The position numbers were made by a program, and so were the translations under genes. The notes under the pieces were generated by a model, which saw nothing but the letters and a program-made list of their open reading frames with translations, did no database searches and was not told where the DNA came from. Below, in pieces: positions 30,559 to 39,663 of a DNA stretch of 64,000 nt. Position 1 is the stretch's first letter. The number at the start of each line of letters is the position of its first letter. The stretch lies in assembly GCA_963706595.1 (NCBI GenBank), contig OY970166.1, positions 1,632,001-1,696,000 of the forward strand, in the 5' to 3' direction. The stretch is from an uncultured cyanobacterium. Its GTDB lineage: Bacteria; Cyanobacteriota; Cyanobacteriia; Cyanobacteriales; Nostocaceae.

Positions 30559-30717
30559 CTTTACTCAGGAAAGGGGTTGAAGGTGAGATTCTGGATGTGA
30601 GTCCATACCTGAAAAAAGAGGACTAAAGTCCTCACTACGAGCGAATTATTTTGCCTAGTGACTTGGCGTACTTGGCTTCTTGGCGGTTCGTTAATTAAAA
30701 TAGGATTTTAATATTTA

Positions 30718-31221
30718 TTGATCATGGTGTCTCCCCAACCCATTAACCCTGCTCCCGGACAAGAATCAGTGTGGGATTACCCCCGTCCCCCTCGCCTAGA
30801 AGACACAAGCAAACATATTCAAATCATCTTTAATGAAGTCATAATTGCGGACACCCACAACGCCAAGCGAGTATTAGAAACCAGTCATCCACCGGGTTAC
30901 TACATTCCCCCTGCGGATATTAAAATGGAACACCTAATACGGATGCCAAAATCCAGTTTTTGTGAATGGAAAGGCTCTGCTGGTTACTACACCATCCGCG
31001 TAGGTGATAAAGAAGCACAGAATGCAGCTTGGTTCTATCCCGACCCCACACCAACCTTTGCATCTATTAAAGATTACGTAGCATTTTATGCCCATCTCAT
31101 GGATGCTTGCTACGTCGATGGCGAAAAAGTTCAACCGCAACCCGGTAACTTTTACGGTGGTTGGGTTACGAATGATATTGTTGGACCATTCAAAGGTAGT
31201 CCTGGCACTTGGGGATGGTAA
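30718..31221 (+). CDS. DUF427 domain protein
   Basis: ESVWDYPRPP, LETSHPP.YY, CEWKG.A.YY motifs. Confidence 0.88.
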   Translation: MIMVSPQPINPAPGQESVWDYPRPPRLEDTSKHIQIIFNEVIIADTHNAKRVLETSHPPGYYIPPADIKMEHLIRMPKSSFCEWKGSAGYYTIRVGDKEAQNAAWFYPDPTPTFASIKDYVAFYAHLMDACYVDGEKVQPQPGNFYGGWVTNDIVGPFKGSPGTWGW

Positions 31222-31294
31222 TACAGTAGTAGAGACGTTCTATGGAACGTCTCTACTTTGTCGGAGATGTCTAATACTAAAATATGTTTGCACT

Positions 31295-31391
31295 TTCGTA
31301 AACTGGGTACTTCTACCACAAAGTAACCATCTTCACCAGGATATAACAGCACTTGACGCTTAAATTCGGCTTGAGATTTTGCCACTGTCAT
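31295..31391 (-). pseudogene. Truncated HicB-family antitoxin N-terminus
   Basis: RQVLLYPGEDGYFVVEVPSL matches a HicB start; the expected PGC...QG continuation is absent and the frame runs into repeat DNA. Confidence 0.6.
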
Positions 31392-31478
31392 TACTCAACA
31401 CCTACTCAATTACTTCCTCAAATCTTAGCACTCATCTGGTATTGGCGACTTGCTGTGAAATAACATATAGCGCTATTA

Positions 31479-31493
31479 TGATAATGATTATCA
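31479..31493. promoter_or_regulatory. Zur (FurB) box
   Basis: Perfect TGATAAT-G-ATTATCA 7-1-7 palindrome 21 bp upstream of 31515. Confidence 0.8.
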
Positions 31494-31514
31494 CTATATT
31501 TAAAAGATTTATTA

Positions 31515-32738
31515 ATGGATATTTATCCATCACAGTTACCCAGTCAAATTGACTTGGCGATTATCGGTGCTGGGCCTCATGCTTTAACTTTGGTAACGCA
31601 TCTGCTGCAAAAACGCCAAACTATGCGGGGGCGATTTTTGGTGTTTGACCCCAGTGGGACATGGATGAGTCGATGGCAACAACAATTTGCTGCTTTAGAT
31701 ATACCACATTTAAGATCGCCTGCCGTACATCATCCCGATCCTAATCCTTTCGCTTTGCGGAAATTTGCTGAGTCTCGCCCTGATGAGTTATTTCCTCCCT
31801 ACGATTTACCGGGAACTCAGCTTTTTGAGGATATGTGTGCAGATGTGATTCAACGCTGGGATTTACAAAATCAAGTTGTCAAGGCGGAAATAATCCGTCT
31901 TGAACCTTTATCTCAGGGTTTTCGGCTGTGGTTACATGATGGACGTTCTATCATAGCCCGACGGGTGGTACTGGCGACTGGAAGCGGTAAAATTCAGATA
32001 CCTGATTGGGTAAGTCAAATTACCGCCAAGTATCCTTTAGATAAATTATGTCATTCCGATAAAGTAGATTTACGCAAGGTATCATTGGCTGGTGAAAGAA
32101 TATTAATTGTCGGTGGTGGTTTGACCAGTGGACACTTGGCAATTGGGGCTTTAGCTCGTGGTGCTAAAGTACGCTTAATATTTCGGCGAGAGTTGCAAGC
32201 GAAGTTATTTGATGCTGAACCGGGTTGGTTGGGACCAAAGTATCTCAAAGCATTTTTTGCTGAGTCTGATTACCAAAAGCGCTGGGAAATGATTCAGCAA
32301 GCCCGGAATGGTGGTTCGATGACTCAGGCGATCGCCATGCAGTTGCGTCGAGCAGTGCGTCATGGTAATCTAATCATGGATGAATATTGCCAAATTCAAA
32401 CAGCCCAATGGTTAGAGGATCATTGGCTAGTTCAATGTAATAACGCCAGTGAGTCTGAATGTGAACGGATATGGCTATGTACTGGCAATAAATTTGATGT
32501 CACTGCTGAACCATTATTAACCGAAATCTTAGAAACTTACCCGATTTGTATAGTCAATGGCTTACCAATTTTGGATACTTATCTGCGTTGGCCTGGTTGT
32601 GAATTATTCATCATGGGTGGGTTAGCAGCTTTGCAAGTGGGACCGACAGCGCGGAATTTATCAGGCGCAAGAATGGCTAGTGAGAAAATTGTTCAGGCGA
32701 TCGTTAAGTCAAGAATGGCTTCTGCAAGTTCCCGCTAG
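31515..32738 (+). CDS. FAD/NAD(P)-binding oxidoreductase (N-hydroxylase-like fold)
   Basis: IIGAGPHAL, VVLATG, IVGGGLTSGH, GPTARNLSGAR. Confidence 0.8.
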   Translation: MDIYPSQLPSQIDLAIIGAGPHALTLVTHLLQKRQTMRGRFLVFDPSGTWMSRWQQQFAALDIPHLRSPAVHHPDPNPFALRKFAESRPDELFPPYDLPGTQLFEDMCADVIQRWDLQNQVVKAEIIRLEPLSQGFRLWLHDGRSIIARRVVLATGSGKIQIPDWVSQITAKYPLDKLCHSDKVDLRKVSLAGERILIVGGGLTSGHLAIGALARGAKVRLIFRRELQAKLFDAEPGWLGPKYLKAFFAESDYQKRWEMIQQARNGGSMTQAIAMQLRRAVRHGNLIMDEYCQIQTAQWLEDHWLVQCNNASESECERIWLCTGNKFDVTAEPLLTEILETYPICIVNGLPILDTYLRWPGCELFIMGGLAALQVGPTARNLSGARMASEKIVQAIVKSRMASASSR

Positions 32739-32870
32739 TTTCTCAAATACTATCCTAGATTTTCGGTGCGTTGCGCTACGCGACAACACACCCTACTGGA
32801 CTAATAAAAATCAAATATGCGTTTTCTAGAACCCTTGTAGAAACTTTTGATGAAACGTCTCTACATTCTT

Positions 32871-33866
32871 TCATTGAGCAGATTTTGGGGCAAATATTAG
32901 GTAAGTTCCGCCCAAACCTTCGACAATTGTCCGTGTATTAGCAATCATCATTTTCTGATAGGTATCGGCTTCGCTTCCTGGTTCACTCAGTCCATTTGTA
33001 TATAGTGGCCTTCTTGATACTCTCACGTTGGCTTCTGTAGCCACAGTTTGCATCAATTGGGGGTTAATTGTGGTGTCTGTAAAAATTGTTGGTACTTGTG
33101 CTTGCTGAATATTTCTCGCCCAATTTTTGACTTGTGCATCTGTGATATTTGCCCCACTACCAATACCGTTTAGCCCGACTACCAAAGGAATTTTGTAGGC
33201 TGTGGTGTAATAATTGAGGATATTACTAGTTGTGACTAATTTGCGTTGATTATTAGGAATAGTATCTATTCTTGACTTTATCCAATTATCAAGTTGAGTT
33301 AGTTCATTTTTAATTACTGTGGCATTATTACTATATAATGTGGCATTGTCAGGTTGTAATTTCCCTAAATTGTTACTAATTACCGCTACCATCCTGATAG
33401 TATTTTGAGGATTGTGCCAAATATGAGGATTAGTTAAATTTCGACCAGATACCTGAAATTGCTGTGGTTGAGTCACCGCTAGTTGACTTACGGCTATTTT
33501 GGGCGCAGGATTTTGACTTTCTGCAACTATTTTGCTCAATTCTGGTTTTAAATTGTAGCCACTATACAGAATTATATTAGCTTGTGCGATCGCTTCCCGG
33601 TCTTCCGGTCTGGGTTGATAGATGTAGGAGTCGTTACCAGGAGAAGCCAAGCAAATCAGGTTAATTGTATTTTCTGCTACCTGTCTAGTTAAGTCACAAA
33701 GTACACTTGTAGTGGCAACAACACGGGGAAGATTCTCATCTATCCTAGTGGTTGTTTGAGTGAATGAAGTGCTGTCAGCTTGATTTCTACAGCCAATAAA
33801 TCCAATTGTGAAGACTGCTAATATAGCTCGTAAGTAATTATTGGATAGTATTTTTTTTAGCATCAT
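32871..33866 (-). CDS. Cluster A-I metal ABC substrate-binding lipoprotein (ZnuA/MntC-like)
   Basis: Lipobox FIGC, VVATTSVLCD, NPHIW; several canonical ligands appear substituted. Confidence 0.85.
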   Translation of the reverse strand: MMLKKILSNNYLRAILAVFTIGFIGCRNQADSTSFTQTTTRIDENLPRVVATTSVLCDLTRQVAENTINLICLASPGNDSYIYQPRPEDREAIAQANIILYSGYNLKPELSKIVAESQNPAPKIAVSQLAVTQPQQFQVSGRNLTNPHIWHNPQNTIRMVAVISNNLGKLQPDNATLYSNNATVIKNELTQLDNWIKSRIDTIPNNQRKLVTTSNILNYYTTAYKIPLVVGLNGIGSGANITDAQVKNWARNIQQAQVPTIFTDTTINPQLMQTVATEANVRVSRRPLYTNGLSEPGSEADTYQKMMIANTRTIVEGLGGTYLIFAPKSAQ

Positions 33867-34110
33867 TAACTCCTAATTGATGTATAAAAAACATAGGCAT
33901 TTAAAAATAGTAGATGTGCTGATTATGGTGGTTATTGCTCATAAAAATGAATCTAAAGCAATTGTAGCCCTAAGTTGAAAAAGTTTGGATACACTATGAA
34001 CAAAAATATCCCCAACTTTTTGAGAAAATCGGGGAAATGATTCTAGTGATTCTATTGATATTAGTTGAACAGTTTATGTCTCTTAACTGATAGCTGATAA
34101 CTGTTAACTG

Positions 34111-34380
34111 TTAACTGTTAACTGGTAATTGGCCTTGCAGCATTTGAAATTTAGACTGAAAACAAGTAGCACAATTGCAACCAAGTTGATCCATAATTGG
34201 ATTAGATGCTCTGGTGGCATGAAGTGTGGCTAATTCTCCAATAGATTGGGTAGATGCTACAGAAATCATTTGTGTAGCAAATACAGGTTTAAGACTAGAT
34301 GCCTGTGCAGGATTTGCTACCAGCAGTATGGAGGTAAGAAATACAGGACAGGCAAGCAGAATCATTTTGGCTATGTTCAT
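34111..34380 (-). CDS. Small secreted protein with CxCxxC motif
   Basis: Signal peptide NPAQA; LGCNCATC. Confidence 0.7.
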   Translation of the reverse strand: MNIAKMILLACPVFLTSILLVANPAQASSLKPVFATQMISVASTQSIGELATLHATRASNPIMDQLGCNCATCFQSKFQMLQGQLPVNS

Positions 34381-34560
34381 AATTCACAGATATAGCTGGG
34401 GAGTAGGGAGTGGGGAGTGGGGAGTGGGTTAAAACCCGAATGGTGTCTAAGTTTGATTATCCATTTATGTCTTAACCTCCTTGGCGGTTGCTATAAATAG
34501 TATTTCTGATACAGCATAGCCAATTAATTGACTACCTTCAACCTGCATGGTTATGTATTT

Positions 34561-35622
34561 TTAACTACGTCCGAATCCTTGCCCTCGTAGCACTTTCGAC
34601 CAAACCAGTAATTCGCCTTTGTCACCACCTGCGGCGAGGAATTTACCTTGAGAATGCCAAGCTAGGCTGGAAAATCCGCCGGAAACCCCTGTCAGCACTT
34701 GGGTGACTTGTTTAGCTTTGTTCCACAAACACAGCCAGCCATCACTAGCGGCGGAAGCAAGTAGAAAGCTGTTAGGCGCAAAGGCGATCGCGGTGATAAT
34801 ATCGACGTGATTAGTTAAAATTCTGGCTTCCCAACCCAAGGATTCGTCTTCTAGTTTTTCCCAAACTACGATCCCTTCCACGCTGGAAGATGCCAAAATC
34901 GGCGCACCCAGTTTAGTAGTAGCTTCTGACCATGCTAACTCACGGATTTTACCAGGAAAGCCCCGCATTACCCAAGGATCGGGATTTTCCCATTCTAAAA
35001 CGGTGATACTGCGATCCATATTACCAGAAGCGAGAAATTTGCCATCAGGAGACCAAGCCATTGCTATACTCACACTAGGCATATCTAAAATATAGGGTTC
35101 TTGATCCCAGTTTTGGCTGTCCCAAATTTTAACTCCCTTATAGCCACCAATGCCTAAATACTGCCCATCGCTACGCCAATCAAGCCCCAATACTGAGGAG
35201 TTATCAAAATTGAGGGTAACGACAACTTCCTGAGTATCGGCATCCCAGACTTGGACGTAACGCCCTAAACTAAAAGCTAGTTGGTTATTAGCGGGACTCC
35301 AAGCTAGCTTATCTACCCATGCGGGGGCGTTTTCCAGCGTAGCAATTAATTGAGTATCTTGCCAAATTTTTACCTGTCCATCTTGTCCACCAACGGCGAA
35401 AAATTTGCCATCTGGGGAAAAAGCTACACAGTCTACTGATGTACCGTTACCAGTCTGTAAGGTTGTCAGGTTGCCATCATTCCACAGTACCACTTCACCG
35501 GCTGCGGTGGTAGCTACGAAAATTTTATCATGGGGCGACCAGGCGATCGCGGTTACATAATCTGAAAGCGTCGTGGAAAAGTGTTCTTCAAATTCCTTAT
35601 TTTTGCTAACTGTGGGATTCAT
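34561..35622 (-). CDS. WD40 repeat protein
   Basis: Multiple WD repeats; start moved to MNPTV because the upstream part of the track ORF is STRR DNA. Confidence 0.88.
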   Translation of the reverse strand: MNPTVSKNKEFEEHFSTTLSDYVTAIAWSPHDKIFVATTAAGEVVLWNDGNLTTLQTGNGTSVDCVAFSPDGKFFAVGGQDGQVKIWQDTQLIATLENAPAWVDKLAWSPANNQLAFSLGRYVQVWDADTQEVVVTLNFDNSSVLGLDWRSDGQYLGIGGYKGVKIWDSQNWDQEPYILDMPSVSIAMAWSPDGKFLASGNMDRSITVLEWENPDPWVMRGFPGKIRELAWSEATTKLGAPILASSSVEGIVVWEKLEDESLGWEARILTNHVDIITAIAFAPNSFLLASAASDGWLCLWNKAKQVTQVLTGVSGGFSSLAWHSQGKFLAAGGDKGELLVWSKVLRGQGFGRS

Positions 35623-35711
35623 AAGTAAGAGGGGAGTGGGGAGTGGGGAGTGGGGAGTGGGGAATGGGGAATGGGGAATGGGGAATGGGGAAATTTCCCT
35701 TGTAGAGACGC

Positions 35712-35779
35712 GATTCATCGCGTCTTCTTATCGATTCTTACAGATTCATCGCGTCTTCTTGAAGATTCATCGCGTCTTC
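35712..35779. repeat. Three copies of GATTCATCGCGTCTTCT
   Basis: Local tandem duplication of a REP-like arm. Confidence 0.8.
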
Positions 35780-35786
35780 TTTATCT

Positions 35787-36758
35787 TCATGCGAAACAAG
35801 CCAGAAACTCTTGCTTCAATTGGGCTTCATCAAGATTACGACCAATGAAAACTAATTCATTCTTCCGAGTTTCATTTGCTTTCCAAGGGCGGTCAGGTCT
35901 ACCATCTAAGATCATGTGTACACCTTGGAAAACATATCGATTATCTTCCCCAGCAATATTTAAAATACCTTTCATGCGGAAAATATCTTGTCCTTGGGTA
36001 CGCAATAATTCCGAAAGCCAAGCGTTGAGTTTTTGTCCATCTAGTTCGCCACTTTCTACCAAAGCTACAGAATAAACTTTTTCATCATGTTGGTGTGCAT
36101 CTTCACCTAAGAAATCAGGATCAATTTCCAAGGCGCGGGCTAAGTCAAAGGCTTTCACACCCAATAACGCATCCATTCCTAGTTGCGCGTTTTCGGTAGG
36201 GTAAATTTTAGCGATCGCATTCATACTGCGAATCCGCTTTTCTAACTCCTCCAACTGTTCTGGCGTTACCAAATCAGTTTTATTCAGGAGAATGACATCA
36301 GCAAAAGCAATTTGTTCTTGTGCTTCATCAGCATCCCAATGTTGCCAAATATGCTTCGCATCCACAACAGTTACTACTGCATCTAAAGACAGTAGACTTT
36401 GCATATCTTCATCAACAAAAAATGTTTGAATGACTGGGGCTGGGTCAGCTAAACCAGTAGTTTCAATTACTAAATGGTCAAACTTATCTCGCCGCTTCAT
36501 TAAATTACCAACAATGCGAATTAAATCACCGCGCACTGTACAGCAAATGCAGCCATTGTTCATCTCAAAAATTTCTTCATCTGCATCAATAATCAGTTGA
36601 TTATCAATACCAACTTCCCCAAATTCATTCACAATTACAGCAACTTTTTTGCCGTGTTCGTAGGTAAGGATGTGGTTTAGTAGAGTGGTTTTACCTGCAC
36701 CCAGGTAGCCTGTTAATACAGTTACAGGGACTGTATTCGTGATTTCTTCAGTCAACAT
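35787..36758 (-). CDS. COG0523/CobW-family zinc metallochaperone GTPase
   Basis: GYLGAGKTT, NEFG, GCICC, ETTGLADP, NKTD. Confidence 0.92.
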   Translation of the reverse strand: MLTEEITNTVPVTVLTGYLGAGKTTLLNHILTYEHGKKVAVIVNEFGEVGIDNQLIIDADEEIFEMNNGCICCTVRGDLIRIVGNLMKRRDKFDHLVIETTGLADPAPVIQTFFVDEDMQSLLSLDAVVTVVDAKHIWQHWDADEAQEQIAFADVILLNKTDLVTPEQLEELEKRIRSMNAIAKIYPTENAQLGMDALLGVKAFDLARALEIDPDFLGEDAHQHDEKVYSVALVESGELDGQKLNAWLSELLRTQGQDIFRMKGILNIAGEDNRYVFQGVHMILDGRPDRPWKANETRKNELVFIGRNLDEAQLKQEFLACFA

Positions 36759-36785
36759 GGTGTCAATACCTTTTTTTGATAGTTT

Positions 36786-36800
36786 AGATAATCATTACCA
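36786..36800. promoter_or_regulatory. Degenerate Zur box
   Basis: AGATAATCATTACCA, 2 mismatches to TGATAATNATTATCA, upstream of the COG0523 gene. Confidence 0.6.
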
Positions 36801-37046
36801 CCCATAATAATTCTTTTTATTTGTTTGTGGTGAATTTACTGGAATTAGTTTTGAGGAGGTAATTCCACGGCTTTAGTAAAAGCCTGTTTTGTACTGACAC
36901 ATCTGTAATAAGTCGTAAATATTAAGGGCGTTGAGTTAGGGGTGACAGCAATTTTTAACAATTCTTGAAAGAATAATCGAACGCAGATGCACACGGATGT
37001 AGACGCGTTAGCGGCTTCTCGCAGAGTACACAGATGAATATAGAGT

Positions 37047-37964
37047 TTATGCAGATAATAAGAAATTTTGCACTGCTGTGAATACAAGTTCTGGATATTC
37101 TTCATGTAGTCCCAGGGAACCGGGAACTATGACGCTTGTTACTTCTGGTAATGCGGCTAAGGCGTTCATTTCTTGTCTCGATTTGGGCGGACTGGATTCG
37201 CCAATTACTACCATTAGGGGTATGGACAAGGATTGCACAAGTGTGAGAAAATCAGATTGTTTTCGTACAGCATCAAGATTACCTGTTACAAAAGCCGCAG
37301 ATGCAAATCTAGCTCCTGGTTTTTGCGTGGTTTGCCATTTTTTCTCGATGAAGCTGGGTGTGAGTTTAGCGTCATCTGTAAATACGTGACGGCGATACAT
37401 CCACGTTAAGAAGGATGGTGTGGTGTTGAGTTTGTACAGGGCTTGTCCTATGATAGGCGATCGCACTAAACCCTTGACAACATCCGCTATCTGTGTACTT
37501 GCTCCCATAGTTGGTAAGGGACCGCGCCAAGTGGGTGCTATTAACAAAATTCGCTTGAACACATCAGGCTGTTTAACAGCGAGTTTTAATACGTAAGTAG
37601 AAGCATGACCAGCAGCGACTACAGTAATGGGAGTATTGAAGACAGTTTTGACAAAATCTTCTAAAAATTGCTGGTATATTTCTGGGCGATAATTTAAACT
37701 CGGACGGGAAGATTGTCCAAACCCCGGCCAGTCTACCACTGTAACTTGAAAGTGGGGAGCTAGTAATTTAGCTAATTCTCCCATTTCCCCGCGTGTGGAA
37801 ACGCTACTAAAAGTTGGTAGTATTAGAAGGGGTGAACCTGTCCCGATGGTTTCGTAAATCACCCTTAATGGTTGGTTTTCCCAACTCCAGGTATATTCGT
37901 GAACTGTTCCACCAAATCCCAGAGGATCATAGGTTGATAGTAAATTCGTTGACATAAGGCTCAA
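37047..37964 (-). CDS. Alpha/beta hydrolase fold protein
   Basis: DWPGFGQS, GLHEE; nucleophile elbow reads AAGHAS. Confidence 0.8.
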   Translation of the reverse strand: MSLMSTNLLSTYDPLGFGGTVHEYTWSWENQPLRVIYETIGTGSPLLILPTFSSVSTRGEMGELAKLLAPHFQVTVVDWPGFGQSSRPSLNYRPEIYQQFLEDFVKTVFNTPITVVAAGHASTYVLKLAVKQPDVFKRILLIAPTWRGPLPTMGASTQIADVVKGLVRSPIIGQALYKLNTTPSFLTWMYRRHVFTDDAKLTPSFIEKKWQTTQKPGARFASAAFVTGNLDAVRKQSDFLTLVQSLSIPLMVVIGESSPPKSRQEMNALAALPEVTSVIVPGSLGLHEEYPELVFTAVQNFLLSA

Positions 37965-38078
37965 TTTTAGTTTGTATAAAAATTATCAAATTAAAGAACC
38001 CCACCCCCAGCCCCTCCCCGCAAGCGAGGAGGGGAGAAGGAAGGTAAGATTCAAGCAAATTGCTCATCGTTAATTGAT

Positions 38079-38519
38079 TTAGCTGGGTAAATCTAACTTA
38101 CAGTCAAGTGCTTTTTTTTGCATGGTTTTAAAAATGTTAAAAAATCCATTCGCACGGGAAGGTGTCAGACTGACATTTAAACCTGTTTCTTGAATAAAAT
38201 CTGGGGTGAGTTGCACAATTTCCGTAGGAGTTAGTCCATTTAAGCCCTCAACTAGAAGCCCTACTAATCCTTTTGTCAACTGGGAATCAGAATCGCCTTG
38301 GTATACAACTTTACCATCATCCAGGGCTGCGGTAATATAAACCTGAGATACACAGCCAGGAACTTTGTTTTCTGGGACTTTGCCAGTTTCTGGGAAGTCC
38401 TTCAACTTCTGAGCATACCAGATTAATTGTTCGTAGCGCCGCTTCGGTTCTGTAGCACGTTGGAAGCGCTGGACGATTTTAGCGAGAGCAGGTGGCAAAG
38501 AATCGATAATTGAGGACAT
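38079..38519 (-). CDS. sufE: Fe-S cluster sulfur acceptor
   Basis: KVPGCVSQV, GDSDS, LTPSRANG. Confidence 0.92.
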   Translation of the reverse strand: MSSIIDSLPPALAKIVQRFQRATEPKRRYEQLIWYAQKLKDFPETGKVPENKVPGCVSQVYITAALDDGKVVYQGDSDSQLTKGLVGLLVEGLNGLTPTEIVQLTPDFIQETGLNVSLTPSRANGFFNIFKTMQKKALDCKLDLPS

Positions 38520-38620
38520 AACAGAAGCTGCAAATAATCAGTCTTACTTTGAGTGTAGTTGATTTTGAGAGCAATGGATCTGGTAATGGTTGCGATCGCC
38601 GGAAATGGATATACAAGCTT

Positions 38621-39553
38621 TTATCCTGGCTGTTGTCTAGATAAGGCTTGTTTTAGCTGCTGAGTGGCTTTTTCTATCGCATCTATACTACCAGCATTTA
38701 CTAGTCCGTAATAATCAAATACATATACTTGGTTGTTTTTTGCAGCTTGCAAATTTTGCCAAAAACTTTCTTTTTTGAAGGAATCTAAAAGTGCGGTTTG
38801 TGAACCCCCTTGGGGAGGACTAATTAAAATAATCACTTCGGGATTTGCTTCTAAAATTTTCTCGGCTGAAAGTGTGATGTAACCACGGATAGGACTGGTA
38901 CTTTGTAATTCTGCTGCTAGGTTCTTGACCTTGAATTGTGTTAATAAATCTCCCGCCCAACTGTTTTTATTTGGTGTTAATATTGGTTGACGACTTACCA
39001 GCACTAAAGTAGAATCACTTGGTTGGATATCCTTGGATAAAAAAGTTTCGTAGCGGTTTAATAATGGCGTGGGATCTGCATCGATAAAACCAGCTAAGGT
39101 TTTAGTAAGTTCTTTGAGAGAGTCCCAACTATTTACTTTGGTAGAAAAGGTCGCAATTCCCAGTTTTTTCAGTTGTTGCAATGTTTGATCAGAGAAGCCT
39201 TCTGCACCGATGACTAAATCAGGTTTAAGGGCGATAATTTTCTCTAAATTAGGGGGAGTTTGACCTTGGGAGACGCGCTGAAGATCCTGAAAGCGTGGGT
39301 CTTTATTTAGTAAGCTGCTACCTGTAATTCCTACCAGTTTACTTTGGTCAAGTTGTTGAATTATGTCAGCAGATAATGATGTGAGAGCAACGATTCTTTG
39401 AGCAGATACTTGGGGTTTTTGCTGATTATTATTGGTTGATTGTATTGAAGTTGCAGGTGTGCTTTGTGGCTGTTGGACTGTGGGATTATTGCAAGCGGTT
39501 AAGAATAAACTTAATAAGAGTGCTAAACTCAAAAGAATTTTTTTTTGATACAT
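38621..39553 (-). CDS. Iron-siderophore/heme ABC substrate-binding lipoprotein
   Basis: Lipobox LTAC, RIVAL, NLEKIIALKPDLVI. Confidence 0.85.
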   Translation of the reverse strand: MYQKKILLSLALLLSLFLTACNNPTVQQPQSTPATSIQSTNNNQQKPQVSAQRIVALTSLSADIIQQLDQSKLVGITGSSLLNKDPRFQDLQRVSQGQTPPNLEKIIALKPDLVIGAEGFSDQTLQQLKKLGIATFSTKVNSWDSLKELTKTLAGFIDADPTPLLNRYETFLSKDIQPSDSTLVLVSRQPILTPNKNSWAGDLLTQFKVKNLAAELQSTSPIRGYITLSAEKILEANPEVIILISPPQGGSQTALLDSFKKESFWQNLQAAKNNQVYVFDYYGLVNAGSIDAIEKATQQLKQALSRQQPG

Positions 39554-39663
39554 AAGATTGATTTGTAGTTCGGTTGAATAAACGATCATGGTTTGTAGTT
39601 GCGCTTTAGCGCTAAAGCGCAACTACATACAAGCGAATTATACCTTTTTTGCCAGTTATTCTC

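Noticed and set aside
31425..31451. TTAGCACTC as a second CIRCE
   Set aside because: The right half-site GAGTGCTAA is absent at 9-nt spacing
35712..35779. Three 17-bp direct repeats as a mini-CRISPR
   Set aside because: Spacers are only about 4-14 bp and irregular; local duplication of a REP-like arm
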